Positions 61,141 to 64,000 of a DNA stretch of 64,000 nucleotides are shown here, one piece after another. Position numbers and translations under genes: made by a program. Each line of letters begins with the position of its first letter. Position 1 is the first letter of the stretch. Location: assembly GCA_051294905.1 (NCBI GenBank), contig CM119371.1, forward strand, positions 29,886,001 through 29,950,000, read 5' to 3'. The DNA comes from Botryllus schlosseri (Eukaryota). Under the pieces are notes generated by a model. The model did no database searches. It was not told the origin of the DNA and saw only the letters and a program-made list of their open reading frames with translations.

Positions 61141-64000
61141 GTCATAACCTTCCATATGCCATCAAATTATCTGTTGGGATTGCTAGCATTCTGATTGCAT
61201 TTTGTGATATGACGATAAGGGCCGAGCGAAATTTTTCAGTATCATAAAGGGGGCTATAAAAGTTTGAGACCCACTGTACTATAGAGACTTCTGTTCGCGA
61301 CTATTGTGTTAAACGCATCAGTGGCGTCATATACCTGGGAAACGTAATGTTCATTCTGCCGGGGCTCACCAGCAGTCTTTGTAGATAGGTTTGCCATTTG
61401 GCTATTGTCACGGCAAAATTGTTAAAATTCCGCTGTATTTTACGATTACACGCTCGATAAATGTTTTTTTTTCTTCAACAAAACACCGGTTTGGGGCAAC
61501 GACTTATATACGCGTTTCAACTTATCATCTACTAATTAAACTTTAGAACTATCGAAAGAGTGGAATCGCAAAATGTGCTTTGTAAGCACAGTTGGTTGGC
61601 TGCATGCTTACGAAAAGTCTGTGCTGCGACCTGTGATACTCTCTGAACTACAGTAGTGCGGCGTATCGAGGGTTTTGGAGGCCAGGAAACCCTTCCTATT
61701 TCCAACTTACTTGTGATACGATTGTTGACATACCATGTTCTTTCCAATCATCTACTAGTTCAATCTAGTTATATTTAGTTGCGGATTTTAAAGGTCATTA
61801 TAGTTCTATAGTTCTAGTTGCGAGTAGTTCTAATTATACATGGTTCTAGTTGCGCATTTTGAAAATCCAGCGTATAAGTCTACTGCCTACAACGACGGCG
61901 TGATGGCTTCACGCTCTGCGGCCTGCGGGTAACGATCACACTGCTTCAAAGTTGATCATTCGAAGTCCATTCGCATCTTCGTCTCTTCGTGCACACCAAA
62001 GTCATCCGGTTGTTGATCTCCACGAAAGTGTCATTAACATTTAGTAGGCCTATATATTCTACTGTTTAAAATCAAGTCAGTAATGCGAAGTCAAGATGCC
62101 GAAACTCATCCTCAACTATTGACAAATGCGTCAATTCATTTTGATCACTGATTATTTTATACCTATGTTATCCTTTATTTCCACCCAGTGCGTTTGTCTC
62201 TTCTTTATATTGCCTCGGACCTGGGTGTTTGATTGCAAAGACTACTCCGCATTCTCGTGGTGTTTTGAAATGATGAAGTTTGTTAATAACCGATACTGAT
62301 CCACACAAAATAATTAGTCTGCCCCATCGCATGAACAAAGAACATAAATGGCATTTGGCCGTTCGCAGTTTATCAAGAAAACTTATCTGAATTCCAGTGG
62401 ATTTTGCTATCGTTTCGCGCGGAGATAGCACGTAACACCGATCGTAAAAGATGTTTGATGAGTTCCGGAATACCGAAGATTTTAATTGTTACCATCAGCT
62501 CTTGAAGATCGACGGATGGCGACATTGAAGTCGACGGAGATTACGAACATTTTCGATGCCAGTGTCGGAGGCTGATATACCAGTAGGCTGAGTAGGCGAA
62601 GGTAGATAGAATGCCGCAAGTCGTTTCGCTTCAACAGTGTTCAGTGTATCGTGTTGTGACTCGTGCGTCTTGAAAGGATGAACAATTGAACATGAACATG
62701 CGGAACATGATAAATAAGTCATGGCCCGTAAGATTCATTACGTTCTATCTTATTGAGCTGGACGATTTCGATTCGTACCACATGCGATATCACGGATTTT
62801 ACGATACCAATAACCAAAGAATATATCTTTATATAACATAATAACATCTCCTACTTTATTCTTTACCCAAAACAACCCAGATGTATCGGTTTACGGCAGG
62901 CCTATGGCTATGCCCATTGCCCATGTCGTCGCGCAAGTTTTGATATCACAATACAAACACTTCGCCCAAAACCCATTGGTAGAGGTTGCCATGCGAAATC
63001 CTGGCCATCCGTATTGAATCAATGATATTGGTAAGGCTTTAGTACCCGACGGGGAGTCAGTTATCTTGTTCGGCATTTGTTTTCTATGTTCCGCTAAGCA
63101 TTTCCAAGCGTCTATTAGCCTCGAGGGGATGCTTGCATTGTATTGACGAGATCGGTAACTATTGAGATTATCTTGTATTATGGGAATGCCGTACTCTCTT
63201 ATCGCTCTCTATTCAGTCGCAAAGTAATTTAGACTTGAACCGTGACATTCTGTTTGATCTTAGCGATGATATCTCGCGGTGTTTGTTGTCGTCACACGTA
63301 ATCTGTTGCCGTAAATGTCGCGGCATCTGGCGATTTTGTCGGCTGTTGCGTGAAAGCGATTACCATTTCCCTATGCAAGATTATAGTTAAGGGATTTGCG
63401 GCGACCGGCGTTTTCGGAGTTGACAGGCTGCAATATACAGGCTATATGTCCTACGAGTGTTGAGTTGTTCACTTCATCAGTTGTATGAGTGTGTATTGAA
63501 AGTGAATTAATATTATAGCAGTGATGCAGGTATTATGTAATGTCTAGCTATTTCCAGTAGGCCTACGGCACAGAGAGCGATTAATTCAATGCTTGTATCT
63601 TTGCTAATCATAGGATATTGACCTGATTATTCTGAATGCAACTCTGTAAATTCTGTAAGGAAGATCTCCTGCAAAATTATAAAACCTGCAGATTTCGTTG
63701 CGATAGTCAGCAGTCACCAGCACTGCAATAAGCCATAGTAGAGTATAGTTTTGTTGTATCATAATAAGCCCGATACGTTATAGTAAAACGTGACGCCATT
63801 CTCATTTCCTGAATGATTTTCCAATCGTTCGATTATTGATTTTCCGTTTGGTGCATATTAGCATTTATTTCCATGTCAACTTCAGGCACTTAGCATGCAC
63901 AAATCCATTATTCTATGAGGTTGATAATGGCGTAAAAAAAAAAGGTATTTTTATTTTTATCATCAAAATACGAGAAATAAAGCAGTTAACCGTGATAATA

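Noticed and set aside
61860..63450. Possible minus-strand exons (ORFs 62168..62431, 62495..62722, 62891..63076)
   Set aside because: Could not join them into a consistent spliced frame or recognise a domain; needs blastx or RNA-seq.

Overview
Repeat-rich eukaryotic (animal) genomic DNA; an ascidian/tunicate-like origin is my inference from gene layout, not something the sequence proves. Three real protein genes: (1) an intronless Rdx-family selenoprotein (MIEN1/SELENOW2-like, 31176-31469) that the ORF track truncates because of an in-frame UGA in a CxxU motif, with a well-formed SECIS at 32171-32236 and a C-terminal CaaX box; (2) intronless MRPL37 (32286-33647), starting 50 bp after that SECIS behind a splice-acceptor-like AG, which suggests a two-gene operon resolved by trans-splicing; (3) a four-exon NXT (p15) gene on the minus strand (37019-41053). 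There is also an intronless tRNA-Arg(TCT) at 46055-46127. Most of the rest is mobile DNA: many hAT-type MITEs with 8-bp TSDs (nested up to three deep; two apparently identical 1597-bp copies), two ~5.5-kb Mutator-like foldback elements with satellite TIRs inserted 3 bp apart just upstream of the selenoprotein gene, other long palindromes, a CACTA-like and a P-like element, tRNA-derived SINEs and a Gypsy integrase relic. All alignments and folds were done by eye.
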